Virus record (IMG/VR): IMGVR_UViG_3300028048_003175
Coordinates: 33,849 to 97,848 of that record
Source: a virus
Taxonomy: Duplodnaviria > Caudoviricetes
DNA: 64,000 nucleotides
Strand: one strand, 5' to 3'
Shown: positions 19,852 to 29,350 of the stretch, in pieces
How the letters are laid out: each line of letters starts with the position of its first letter
Numbering within the stretch: position 1 is the first letter of the stretch
The notes under the pieces: generated by a model
Told to the model about the DNA's origin: nothing
Seen by the model: the letters and a program-made list of their open reading frames with translations, nothing else
The model's database searches: none
Translations under genes and position numbers: made by a program

Positions 19852-20390
19852 TGACACATCTTATAACAACCAACGAGCTTAGAACGCTCGGGCGACCTAT
19901 CGGCAAGATCGCCGACGATAAACTTAACGCATTCATCTCCGAGGCCGAGCAGTTACATATCAAGCCCATCCTCGGAGATGAATTGTTTTTAAAGCTGATA
20001 GCTGAGGTCGAGAAAGCCAACAATGAGAATGTCAATGCCGACCTGCAGATGCTTCTCTCTGGAGGCACCTACTATTCTAATCAAGGAACGGAGAGGGCAA
20101 GGACGCACAGCTTCACGGGTCTCAAAACCGCCATCGCGTATTTCGTCTATGCTCAGAACCTTATGGTTGGAGATATCGAGAGTACACGTTACGGGTCAGT
20201 CATCAAGAATAGTGACTATTCCACACACGTGTCCTCAAAGGAGCGCTCTGATGCTTACAATAACACGATAGATGTTGCCAACGCATATCTCCAGGAGTGC
20301 GTGGACTACTGTAAGGTGAAGGGACTTATCAAGGTCGTCGGGAAGCCTGCGGCATCCATCGGAGGAATAACCATCAAACGAATCGGATAA
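19851..20390 (+). CDS. Head-tail adaptor-like protein (DUF6712-like)
   Basis: Follows the portal with a TAATG overlap; helical; HIKPILGDELF and GLKTAIAYFVYA. Confidence 0.6.
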   Translation: MTHLITTNELRTLGRPIGKIADDKLNAFISEAEQLHIKPILGDELFLKLIAEVEKANNENVNADLQMLLSGGTYYSNQGTERARTHSFTGLKTAIAYFVYAQNLMVGDIESTRYGSVIKNSDYSTHVSSKERSDAYNNTIDVANAYLQECVDYCKVKGLIKVVGKPAASIGGITIKRIG

Positions 20391-20402
20391 AATTAACAGC
20401 AT

Positions 20403-23400
20403 ATGATAAACGTTCAAGAATTATTAGGCAAAGTCGCCAACAACGGCGCAACATTAGCCGGCATTCTTGCCTACGGTGAGTGGAATACTCTCGTGCAGGC
20501 AGTCCGTGAACTTCAAGGTCTTGTCGCTTCTGACGAGAGGTTGAATAACATCAATACTCAGCTTACCGCCCTTAGCGACCGCATTACAGCGTTGAAGAAT
20601 GAGAAGGACGGTGAAATAGCCCAGGTGCTCCAGCAGATTAACCAGACGCTGCAGGCCATTCTTACCGAGCAGGGCGCACGACAGCAGGGCGATGCTGCCT
20701 TGCAGACAGCCATCGACAATATGTCGGATGCTTTCAGTGACACCATCGATGCCCTCAGAGACATCGTTGACGGCAAGGCGACCATTGTGGAGCTGTCGAG
20801 CTACATGACCAACAATGCTCAACTGCCAAAGAACGGCCTTTACGTGTGGCACGGCAATCCTGTGGACTCGCGTATGTTCACTAAATCAGAAGGTGATACG
20901 CTATGGCTTGTCTTCTGTCTGCGTAAGGGTGATGACTCTGACAGTAATTTCGGTGCTGGCATTCGTGACTGTCTGGTATATTCGACTGACGGTGACTCCG
21001 ATCCGTTCTACTATGTCGGTCGCTATCTGAATGCCAATATTCCAGCGGACGTGCAGAAGGCCTTCGGCTATGACGATATGGCGAAGATAGTCACCATTAA
21101 CTTGTCAGACTACTATCCTTCTCTGGAGGAAAGTCAAAACGGTTACATTGCTCTTGACGAAGAAGAGCTGGCGGATATCTTTGAAACACCGTCAAAAGCG
21201 TATGCGCTCCATGACAGACGGCTTCGCGTCATCACGGATGAGAGTGAGTACTACGGATATCCTGCAACCATGCAGTATAGCGGCGGAAACTTTCACCGCT
21301 TGACCGTAGATATGGGGACTGAGATTTTGATAATCAGCATACCCGACGAAGGTGCATCAGCATTAGCATTCTCTGGCAATGGCGCCATGCGCCTTATCAG
21401 CCTGACGGAGATTCCTGCTGGTACAGTTACTGAGGATAATCTCGCTGCTGGTGTGAAGACGAAACTGAACAAGAGAGACGTCATCGATGTGGAATGGTGG
21501 TTCGACCCAGTACCACGTCGTATGTATACGCCGACGAAAGCAGGCCTCTATTGGTATGTGCCGACAGAAAAGCAATTGCTTGTCTCTGTTGAAACAGAGA
21601 ATAGCGGTGTTTACGAGTTCGTTGAGGTGACACCACAAGGCAATACCATCTATATCGATGTCGATGAGAATATTCCGTATATCTGGAAGGATGATGACAT
21701 GTCATCCATTGCGCCAAAGAAGGCTCCTGCCAGCATCTTCAACGCCACGAACGAGGTTCCCATCAGTGGCTACTATGTTCTGTGTGATGACGAGAACGAG
21801 TCCACCAGTGCCGTCCATGCCGCATGGAACGCGGAGAAGGCGGTGAGCGGTCTTATTATCTCCTTCGAGATAGGTGCAGGTATCTGGAAGACCTACCAGT
21901 ATGTCGGCAGAACCGTGACGGAGGTGAACTGGATGAACTCGGATAACTGGAAGGACTTCGGCTCCCTCGCTGCTGGCAGTGAATCGTACATCGTGATAGA
22001 CGGACTCATCGGTGCGCCAGTGGCTGGAGAGTTCTATACCTTAGAGACTGCAGTCGCTCGCCTGGTAGCCTATCAGCAGGAAACAGGTGTCACTTATGCC
22101 AAGAAAGGACTTGTCATCAGTTATCGCACGGCTGAGAACGTGATGGAGACCAAACAGTTCCAAGGTGAGATAAGTGGCTTTGGCGAAGTCGGACTTTGGA
22201 AAGATTTTGGCGGTGGCTCGGAGGTCGAGACGTCAGATGAGCCGGAAGAGGGTGGCACAGACGCACTGTCAACTGGTGGCGCATACACTCATACCCCTGC
22301 TGGTATCAGCGTCGATACAGAAACAGAGGGAGTCGTGAAGCTGAAACTCGTCAATGCAGGAGGCGAAGATGTAGGTGATGAGATACAGTTCCCCGTCGGC
22401 TCCGGCAGCGGTGGTGGTAGTGGTACGACCATTGCCGTGGCTTTCAGAGACAATCCGTTCTACGGAAAGGCTGGAGGTTCATTCCTCGTGAAAGCAGCTA
22501 TCATGTCTGTAACGAAGGCAGGTAGCCAGGAAACATCTAACACTATCACCAGTGTCGTATTCGTCAATCGCACCACAAAGAACACGGTTGCCAGCTTCAA
22601 TCCTCGTAAGGCTTCGAGTGCTACGATGTCCGACTATTCCTTCGAGTTTGACCTGAGCAATCTTGGACAGAGTGCCGGAGAAATACCTCTGCAGGCAATC
22701 ATCACTGATGATGGTGGCAACACAGCAACTAAGAATCTTAGCATGGTCGCTATTGATGTGACGTGTGTTAGCGTTCAGACGCTCAACTACACGCGAGAGA
22801 CATCATTACAGGTTGGTGGTCCGAGAACGTCCATCCCTATGTACCGTTTCCCGAACAATGCTTCCGATCGAGGCATACGCACCAAGATTGAGATATATAA
22901 GAACAATGCGTGGGAAACACTGCAGGAGATAGTCATTACAGATACCTATCCTCACAATGTCAGCATCGACCCGACAGGCATGGGGCATGGCGCATATCCT
23001 ATCCGCATACAGGGTACCGATGTTGCAAGTGGCACAAGGGGTAATATCCTGCATACCGCAGTCATGGTGATTGAGCAGCGTGAGGACGTTGCGGACTACG
23101 ACAAGCCTATTGTTGTCGCTCGTTGGAGTGATGACACAGACGGAGAGGTGAAGCTGTTTGAGACGCTGCAGATAGACATTGCCTGCTATCAGCGCAGCAC
23201 CAACCCGACTACCGTGCAGGTGAAGATAACTGACGAGACAACAGGAGTCAGCGAGACCATTTCCGAAAGTGCAATGTATCGCAACAAATACTACACTATC
23301 GAGAAGCGTATCGTTGGCTACAACAACGGTGACACGCTGGTATTCGATGCTGTGTGTGGATTGGTTTCGCTGCCAGAGACAAGAGAAGTGCATGTGAACG

Positions 23401-26400
23401 GTTCCTTGCTCGACATCGCAGAGACCGAGGGAGCACTCTACAAAATCAGTCTTGCAGGGCGCAGCAATACCGACACCGATAAGACGATCAAGACAACGGC
23501 AACTGACGGGACAGAATTGGAACTGGAGGTAATCGGTTCCAACTATTCAACCAACGGCTTTGTACCTGACACGTTTGGAACAGAGAAGAGCGGTGGTCGC
23601 ATGTCGTTGCGTGTGGCAGAGAATGTGAAAGCCGTATTTAACGACCAGCCATTCAAGAGTACGTCAATTCCTACAAATGGTTTGGCTCTCTCTATGACCT
23701 TCAAGGTTAAGAATATTGCAGACCGCAAGGCTCGCATCATCCGTTGTATGGGTGAGCGTCTCGGCTTCGTGCTGACGGGAGAGAAATTCTATGTCACGAC
23801 GAACGGAGATACTGACGAGGCATTGGCTTCTGTATTCACTACCGCTGCCACATCGTATCTTGATGACGTGGTATATCGCTTTGACATCGTGATAGAGCCG
23901 CAGTCAAGAGCACCATACAGTGGTGTCATGCTCTGCAAGGTGTTCCAGAATGGTGACATGGCTGCTTGTGTTCCTATCGATACGACCAGTGCTTTCCCGA
24001 ACTTCGACGACTTCATTCACTTTGACGGTACTGATGCAGACCTGTATCTGTACGAGATTGTCCGTTGGAACACTTACTACGACTTCATTCAAGCGTTCAA
24101 CAACTATATCGTGAACCTCACGGACACGCAGGCTATGCTTAAAGAGTATGAGCAGAACCGCGTTATGATAGACGTAACGGCTGAGGGTACCACAAAACCG
24201 CGTCCAGATATGCAGCGACTGATTGACCGTGGCGTGATGGTTTGTGTCGAGACAAGAACTTCAGACGCTAACTTGAGCAAAGATGGCTCTGCAGTAAGCG
24301 ATAGCGAGATATATTATCCAGACTATATCGAGAATATCAAGGATAAAAAGACTACCGTCATAATGGACTGGTATCTGTACTTCCCCGACCGTCCTTGGGC
24401 AGACTGCAAGATAGAGGCTATTCCTGTGACCAACCAAGGAACTTCGACCCTTGCTTATGCCATCAAGAACAAGAAGGGCAAGGCGAAGAAAGCCAAGCGT
24501 ATTGTCATGTTGCACACACGCGAAGAGGTGAGCCGCATGTACAATGGTGATGAGAACATTCTTGCGAAGTATGACGATGCAGTACGACTGGCTTCAAAGA
24601 AGAAGATTCGTATCAAGGACGGCAGCACCCCTATCAACACCATTACTATCAAGGTGGACTATTCTGACAGTGCAGGTGCCAACAACTGTGCGCTGATGGA
24701 GCAAATGAACGATGTACAGATTGCTTTGGGCAGGAACTACATGACACCTGCACAGATATTCAACACTGACAGTAGCGAGGAGCTGCACACCTCAATTGAT
24801 GGTATTACCTGCGCATTGTTCCGTACTGACTACCGTATCGGTCAAGACAAAGGCTCTGAGGCAGCAACACTTCCTGAGAACGCTTATTTCCACAGCAAGG
24901 CTAACTTCAATGCCGACAAGGGCAATCCCCATTTTTTCGGCTTTGAGGATGTGCCCGGCTACAACAAAGGCTGTGTGAACTATGGCGATTTCAAAGAGAT
25001 TGTTACACCGCGAGGAACCAACATCGATGATTACAAGGCTACGGTGCTGGCTGGTTCCGCAACACTTATTCCTGGCACTCTTTACATGATAAGTGAGTTC
25101 TGTGGTCCAGAAACGCGCTTCATAGAGAATGACGGAACAGGTGCCATGACAGAGACCGATGCCGTAGCAGAGTTCGAGGAGGTTGATAAGACAGGCGCTG
25201 AGATTGCTGCAGACGATGTAAGCGGTTACGACTGGGCAACAGTCTATCGCAGCACCGATAATAAGTACTACAAGTACGCAGGTGGTGTATGGCGCGATAC
25301 TACGGGCAGCATGACATACGACAGCAGCACCGGGAAGTGGGTGATTGTCGGAAGGGTGCTTAACCCAGTTGAGTGCTACGAGTACCGACAGTACCAGGAG
25401 TTCTGTTGGCAGCAGGGCGTGAACAGCGTTGATGATATGCTTGAAACGCTGCATACCGATGATGGCGATGTGCCTATCTGGTCAACATATTACGAGAGCC
25501 GTTATCCGGATGATGATGACTTGAACGACTTGTATGCACAGGGCAAGAAAGTACCTTACCAGTTGTTCCGTGAGCTGTTGTTCTGTCAGCAGTGTAATCA
25601 GAACCTCACCGACAATCAAGAGGAGAATGCCGCACTGAACCCCGATGGCAGCGAGAAAATCTTCAACGGTGCTGGTGCCAGTACTACGATAACCCTTGAT
25701 GGAAACACTGTAGCAGGAACTAAGGCTAACCGTCTGTTGAAGTGGCAGCACGAAATGCACAAGTATTACAATCCGTATTCCACAAACTGCTACATCGTAG
25801 GATCCGACTACAAGGCAACTGTTGACCAGCGAGCCAAGAATATGATGAAAGCAGTCTATAAGGAGACTGATGGCAGCATGCGTTTTTACTTCAACCACTG
25901 GTATGACGGTGATAGCGTTGACGAAGCAGACAATGACTGTTACCTGACCATTCCTTGGGACATGGACGCACGTTCAAGCCATCTCTATCAAGGGTGGGAC
26001 GGTGTGATGTTCCAGCAGACTTATGCGCTCTTTGAGCAGGGGAAGGGTGTCTGGATTGACAATGCCGGCACGCAGCTCACTCTCCATGATACGGCAGCAG
26101 CTATGCGAAATACAAAGACCAATGCAGGACTGGAGATTTTCAGTGCTGACGGTTGCTATCGCTACTGGATGACATACCGCATCTTGAAGTGGCCAAAGGT
26201 GGTGAGCAGTTTTGATGGAGAGCGTAAGTATATCGAAACAGCTACTGCAGCAGACAATCACTATCCGGCATTGCACGGATTGCGTCTTGAGAGTCTGCCA
26301 GCTTTCCAACGCAAGCGTTTCGCATATCGTGACGGTTACTTCCAGACAGGTGACCTGTTCAAGCACTTCTTCCAGGCGCGTGTGATGGGACCGATTACGG

Positions 26401-28913
26401 TTAAGATAACGGCAGCACAGGACGGTTACTTTGGTATGGGTGTTGATAGCACCAGCAGCGCAAAGTATTCGTGCTATCTGCAAGCAGGCGAGAGCCACAC
26501 CTTCACGGAAGCAGCAACCGGTGTCGGTGGTAAGCTGATTTACATCTTTGGTGCAGACAAGCTGAGCGAACTTGATTTGAGCGGCTGTACTCCGAAGAAC
26601 TCAAACTGGATGATTGCCGACTGCACCCTGTTAAGGAAACTGATCATCGGTGGCGCAAGCTATACTCCTGCTTATACTGATGATATTTTGTCAGCATTGA
26701 GCCTCGGACAGATGCCATTCCTGGAGGAGATAGACATAAGAAGTACACGAATTATGACGCTGAACGCAAGCGGTTGTCCTCGATTGAAGAAAGTGCTTGC
26801 AAGCGGCAGTCAGCTTCGCACGTTCACTCCTGCACAATCGTCACCGTTGCAGACAATCTCTCTTCCTGCAACCATGACGGACCTTATCTTTGTCAACCTC
26901 CCCAATATCGGCTATCCTAACGGTGGATTGACAATAGAGGGCTTGGCAAACGTGACACGTGTACAAGTGGCAGGTTGTCCGAAACTGGATGCCGTACAGT
27001 TGCTGTCTGATATTGTTTCAGCAAACGGAAGCATCAGCGAAATATCGCTGGAGGAGAAGAAGGTAACTGGCGACGTGGCTATTCTGCGTGCGTTGATTGC
27101 CAGCGGAGCAAAAGGATTCTCTTCAGACCTCACTACCGGCTGCGATGGTCTTAGCGGAAAGTGGATTCTGAACACGTTGATAGAGGACAGCGAGCTTGCG
27201 ACGATACGGGCTTACTTCCCACTTCTGACCGTCAGCAACTCATTGTATAGCGATTACAAGGAGTATGACCTCGAAAGCGACACTGAGAACGTTACGAACT
27301 TGGATAACCAGACTGGTTATGATTATAATAACGAGTACGTGCCAAGCGGCCATATCCTCAAGATACGCGCCAAAAGTGTTCCTGTGAAAGGTCAGTTCGA
27401 CAAGGTGACAAAAGCCATGACACTCACCAAATTGTCAGAGGAAAACTATAAGCAGTTCCCAGACGGTTCCGCTTTTGACAATACCGATGCTCTTGGTGAA
27501 GGCTATGACTGTTTCATCTACATTCCTAACTTCTACTACAAAGGTATCAACGACTTCAAGAGACAGGAGAAGCACACACTTTTGTCTGCCTTTGTCACTG
27601 AGCCGGAAGCCACATGGACGCAGAAGAAGGAGGGTGTCTTGTCTGAGCTCCTTTATGCTGACGCTTCTGGAATACCCATTGGCAGCATAAACGTGGGCGA
27701 TACATTCTCTGATGAGACGCATATTGCTATTCTGTCATCGTGTGCCGTGTATCGTCTCGATGTCGAGGGAATGAAGCAGGTTCGTTACATCGGTCTGAAT
27801 AATGCCACCTACGGCAGCATCTTCGTTGATAGTGAGGGAAAGGTGCTTCAGAAAGATGCTCTCTCGATAACAGGAACAACGGCATGTCCGCTGGACTTCA
27901 AGAACGAGAATGGTGACTATATCTATAGAGACGTGCCGACAGGTGCCAAGTGGATATACTTCACCTGCATCCGTGCGCTGTCTGATGAGGGTCATCCTGT
28001 CTTTGCCGTTGACAGTAGCGATATTGAGGCTATTGAGCCGGGCTGGGAGAAGCACTACTCTGAGGTGATAGGTATCTATGGCGCAAGTATAGATGACCTC
28101 GGCTTCATCCGTTCACTTTCCGGCAAGGTGACAAAGCGAGGCACTGGAACGAGCACCACATCATCGGAATGGACCTACGATGCCGACGGAATGCCGACCA
28201 ATCAGCCAGTTGGAGCCTTGAACTACACTGGACAGGACTTCTATAATCTCTGTTATCTGCGTGGAGAGGGTTATCATGATGTCAGCTACGACCAGAACAA
28301 GACCATTGCTATCCTCTCGAAGTGCTGGATAGGCGACCGAGACGACCAGGCGAAACACGGTATGGGTGTTTCCGCAGGCTATACCACTGGCCAACTTGAC
28401 AGTTATGGTAGCCATGATACCGCTTCCGGAATGAACAAGATCTGGAAGCTTGAGGCATGGGTGGCTTGTAACTGGGAGTTCATGGACTACGTCGGTGTGA
28501 ACATCAGCAGCTTCATCGAATGGAGAAGAAACAAACGTCCGCAGTCGGGTACGGTCGATGCTGTATGGCATATCTATGACCCACATACTAATACGGAGCG
28601 CACTGTGCAGGGTATAACTAATTCGGGTGTTTGTATCGCCCGTCTGAAGCATGGTCGTCACTGCGACATCATTGCGAGCAGTTGTAACTCTGACAGTAGC
28701 AGGTGGAATACCTGTTATGCAGCAGGTAATTACTATACAGCCACTGGTGGGCGCGTGGTTGGTCGTGCGCTCTACAATGCGGGTGCGTATGGCGGTTGCG
28801 TTTGTGCGGACGCGAGCTACGCTTCTTCGGGCTCGTATGCGTTCGTCGGTGCGCGTCTCGCCTTCAGCGGAAGATTCGCAAACGAAAGCGAAATAGACCC
28901 GGAGCTGCAGTAA
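20403..28913 (+). CDS. Giant multidomain virion/receptor-binding protein; DGR target with C-terminal CLec-type variable domain
   Basis: 2836 aa: N-terminal coiled coil, duplicated W.DFG module, Ig/LamG-like beta regions, CotH-kinase-like motifs, LRR-like repeats (LEEIDIRSTRIMTLNASGCPRLKKV), and terminal RVVGR...GARLAF containing the VR. Confidence 0.88.
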   Translation: MINVQELLGKVANNGATLAGILAYGEWNTLVQAVRELQGLVASDERLNNINTQLTALSDRITALKNEKDGEIAQVLQQINQTLQAILTEQGARQQGDAALQTAIDNMSDAFSDTIDALRDIVDGKATIVELSSYMTNNAQLPKNGLYVWHGNPVDSRMFTKSEGDTLWLVFCLRKGDDSDSNFGAGIRDCLVYSTDGDSDPFYYVGRYLNANIPADVQKAFGYDDMAKIVTINLSDYYPSLEESQNGYIALDEEELADIFETPSKAYALHDRRLRVITDESEYYGYPATMQYSGGNFHRLTVDMGTEILIISIPDEGASALAFSGNGAMRLISLTEIPAGTVTEDNLAAGVKTKLNKRDVIDVEWWFDPVPRRMYTPTKAGLYWYVPTEKQLLVSVETENSGVYEFVEVTPQGNTIYIDVDENIPYIWKDDDMSSIAPKKAPASIFNATNEVPISGYYVLCDDENESTSAVHAAWNAEKAVSGLIISFEIGAGIWKTYQYVGRTVTEVNWMNSDNWKDFGSLAAGSESYIVIDGLIGAPVAGEFYTLETAVARLVAYQQETGVTYAKKGLVISYRTAENVMETKQFQGEISGFGEVGLWKDFGGGSEVETSDEPEEGGTDALSTGGAYTHTPAGISVDTETEGVVKLKLVNAGGEDVGDEIQFPVGSGSGGGSGTTIAVAFRDNPFYGKAGGSFLVKAAIMSVTKAGSQETSNTITSVVFVNRTTKNTVASFNPRKASSATMSDYSFEFDLSNLGQSAGEIPLQAIITDDGGNTATKNLSMVAIDVTCVSVQTLNYTRETSLQVGGPRTSIPMYRFPNNASDRGIRTKIEIYKNNAWETLQEIVITDTYPHNVSIDPTGMGHGAYPIRIQGTDVASGTRGNILHTAVMVIEQREDVADYDKPIVVARWSDDTDGEVKLFETLQIDIACYQRSTNPTTVQVKITDETTGVSETISESAMYRNKYYTIEKRIVGYNNGDTLVFDAVCGLVSLPETREVHVNGSLLDIAETEGALYKISLAGRSNTDTDKTIKTTATDGTELELEVIGSNYSTNGFVPDTFGTEKSGGRMSLRVAENVKAVFNDQPFKSTSIPTNGLALSMTFKVKNIADRKARIIRCMGERLGFVLTGEKFYVTTNGDTDEALASVFTTAATSYLDDVVYRFDIVIEPQSRAPYSGVMLCKVFQNGDMAACVPIDTTSAFPNFDDFIHFDGTDADLYLYEIVRWNTYYDFIQAFNNYIVNLTDTQAMLKEYEQNRVMIDVTAEGTTKPRPDMQRLIDRGVMVCVETRTSDANLSKDGSAVSDSEIYYPDYIENIKDKKTTVIMDWYLYFPDRPWADCKIEAIPVTNQGTSTLAYAIKNKKGKAKKAKRIVMLHTREEVSRMYNGDENILAKYDDAVRLASKKKIRIKDGSTPINTITIKVDYSDSAGANNCALMEQMNDVQIALGRNYMTPAQIFNTDSSEELHTSIDGITCALFRTDYRIGQDKGSEAATLPENAYFHSKANFNADKGNPHFFGFEDVPGYNKGCVNYGDFKEIVTPRGTNIDDYKATVLAGSATLIPGTLYMISEFCGPETRFIENDGTGAMTETDAVAEFEEVDKTGAEIAADDVSGYDWATVYRSTDNKYYKYAGGVWRDTTGSMTYDSSTGKWVIVGRVLNPVECYEYRQYQEFCWQQGVNSVDDMLETLHTDDGDVPIWSTYYESRYPDDDDLNDLYAQGKKVPYQLFRELLFCQQCNQNLTDNQEENAALNPDGSEKIFNGAGASTTITLDGNTVAGTKANRLLKWQHEMHKYYNPYSTNCYIVGSDYKATVDQRAKNMMKAVYKETDGSMRFYFNHWYDGDSVDEADNDCYLTIPWDMDARSSHLYQGWDGVMFQQTYALFEQGKGVWIDNAGTQLTLHDTAAAMRNTKTNAGLEIFSADGCYRYWMTYRILKWPKVVSSFDGERKYIETATAADNHYPALHGLRLESLPAFQRKRFAYRDGYFQTGDLFKHFFQARVMGPITVKITAAQDGYFGMGVDSTSSAKYSCYLQAGESHTFTEAATGVGGKLIYIFGADKLSELDLSGCTPKNSNWMIADCTLLRKLIIGGASYTPAYTDDILSALSLGQMPFLEEIDIRSTRIMTLNASGCPRLKKVLASGSQLRTFTPAQSSPLQTISLPATMTDLIFVNLPNIGYPNGGLTIEGLANVTRVQVAGCPKLDAVQLLSDIVSANGSISEISLEEKKVTGDVAILRALIASGAKGFSSDLTTGCDGLSGKWILNTLIEDSELATIRAYFPLLTVSNSLYSDYKEYDLESDTENVTNLDNQTGYDYNNEYVPSGHILKIRAKSVPVKGQFDKVTKAMTLTKLSEENYKQFPDGSAFDNTDALGEGYDCFIYIPNFYYKGINDFKRQEKHTLLSAFVTEPEATWTQKKEGVLSELLYADASGIPIGSINVGDTFSDETHIAILSSCAVYRLDVEGMKQVRYIGLNNATYGSIFVDSEGKVLQKDALSITGTTACPLDFKNENGDYIYRDVPTGAKWIYFTCIRALSDEGHPVFAVDSSDIEAIEPGWEKHYSEVIGIYGASIDDLGFIRSLSGKVTKRGTGTSTTSSEWTYDADGMPTNQPVGALNYTGQDFYNLCYLRGEGYHDVSYDQNKTIAILSKCWIGDRDDQAKHGMGVSAGYTTGQLDSYGSHDTASGMNKIWKLEAWVACNWEFMDYVGVNISSFIEWRRNKRPQSGTVDAVWHIYDPHTNTERTVQGITNSGVCIARLKHGRHCDIIASSCNSDSSRWNTCYAAGNYYTATGGRVVGRALYNAGAYGGCVCADASYASSGSYAFVGARLAFSGRFANESEIDPELQ
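28750..28865 (+). repeat. DGR variable repeat (VR)
   Basis: Aligns without gaps to 29026-29141; 21 mismatches by hand count, each opposite a TR adenine. Confidence 0.95.
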
Positions 28914-28935
28914 GCAGCGCAAAACGTGGCACGTT

Positions 28936-28966
28936 GGGCAGGGGGAAAGAAAAAAGCCCCCTGCCC
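28936..28966 (+). other. GC-rich hairpin/cruciform downstream of the VR
   Basis: GGGCAGGGGG-(11-nt A-rich loop)-CCCCCTGCCC, a perfect 10-bp stem; adjacent near-palindrome AACGTG-G-CACGTT at 28923-28935. Confidence 0.75.
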
Positions 28967-29025
28967 CCGAGCCCCAAAAAACGTCCCCAAGTGTGAGGAT
29001 GAAAAAAGGTAGAGGACTTCCTCAT

Positions 29026-29141
29026 GGCGCGTGGTTGGTCGTGCGAACAACAATGCGAATGCGAATGGCGGTTGCGTTTATGCGAACGCGAACAACGCTT
29101 CTTCGAACTCGAATACGAACAACGGTGCGCGTCTCGCAAAC
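29026..29141 (+). ncRNA. DGR template repeat (TR), core of the template RNA
   Basis: AAC/AAT-rich copy of the VR, with 12 AAY codons in the target frame before the terminal GCAAAC; lies in a non-coding gap upstream of the RT. Confidence 0.93.
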
Positions 29142-29350
29142 AAGTTAATCAGCTCTATGGTGTATGCTTGCGTGACAGGCAATGACAATGGCTGACAAGT
29201 CCGAGCCTCGGCAACAGCAATTTCTCTCCAGTCTGCAAAGAAATGGAAAGAATTGGAAAGCGGAAAAACCAAAGGTGCAACCTATGATAGGTGAGTAAAC
29301 AAGGAATTGGCTGAAAGTCTTAACGGTTGCGGAATGAAGGATTATTCAGA

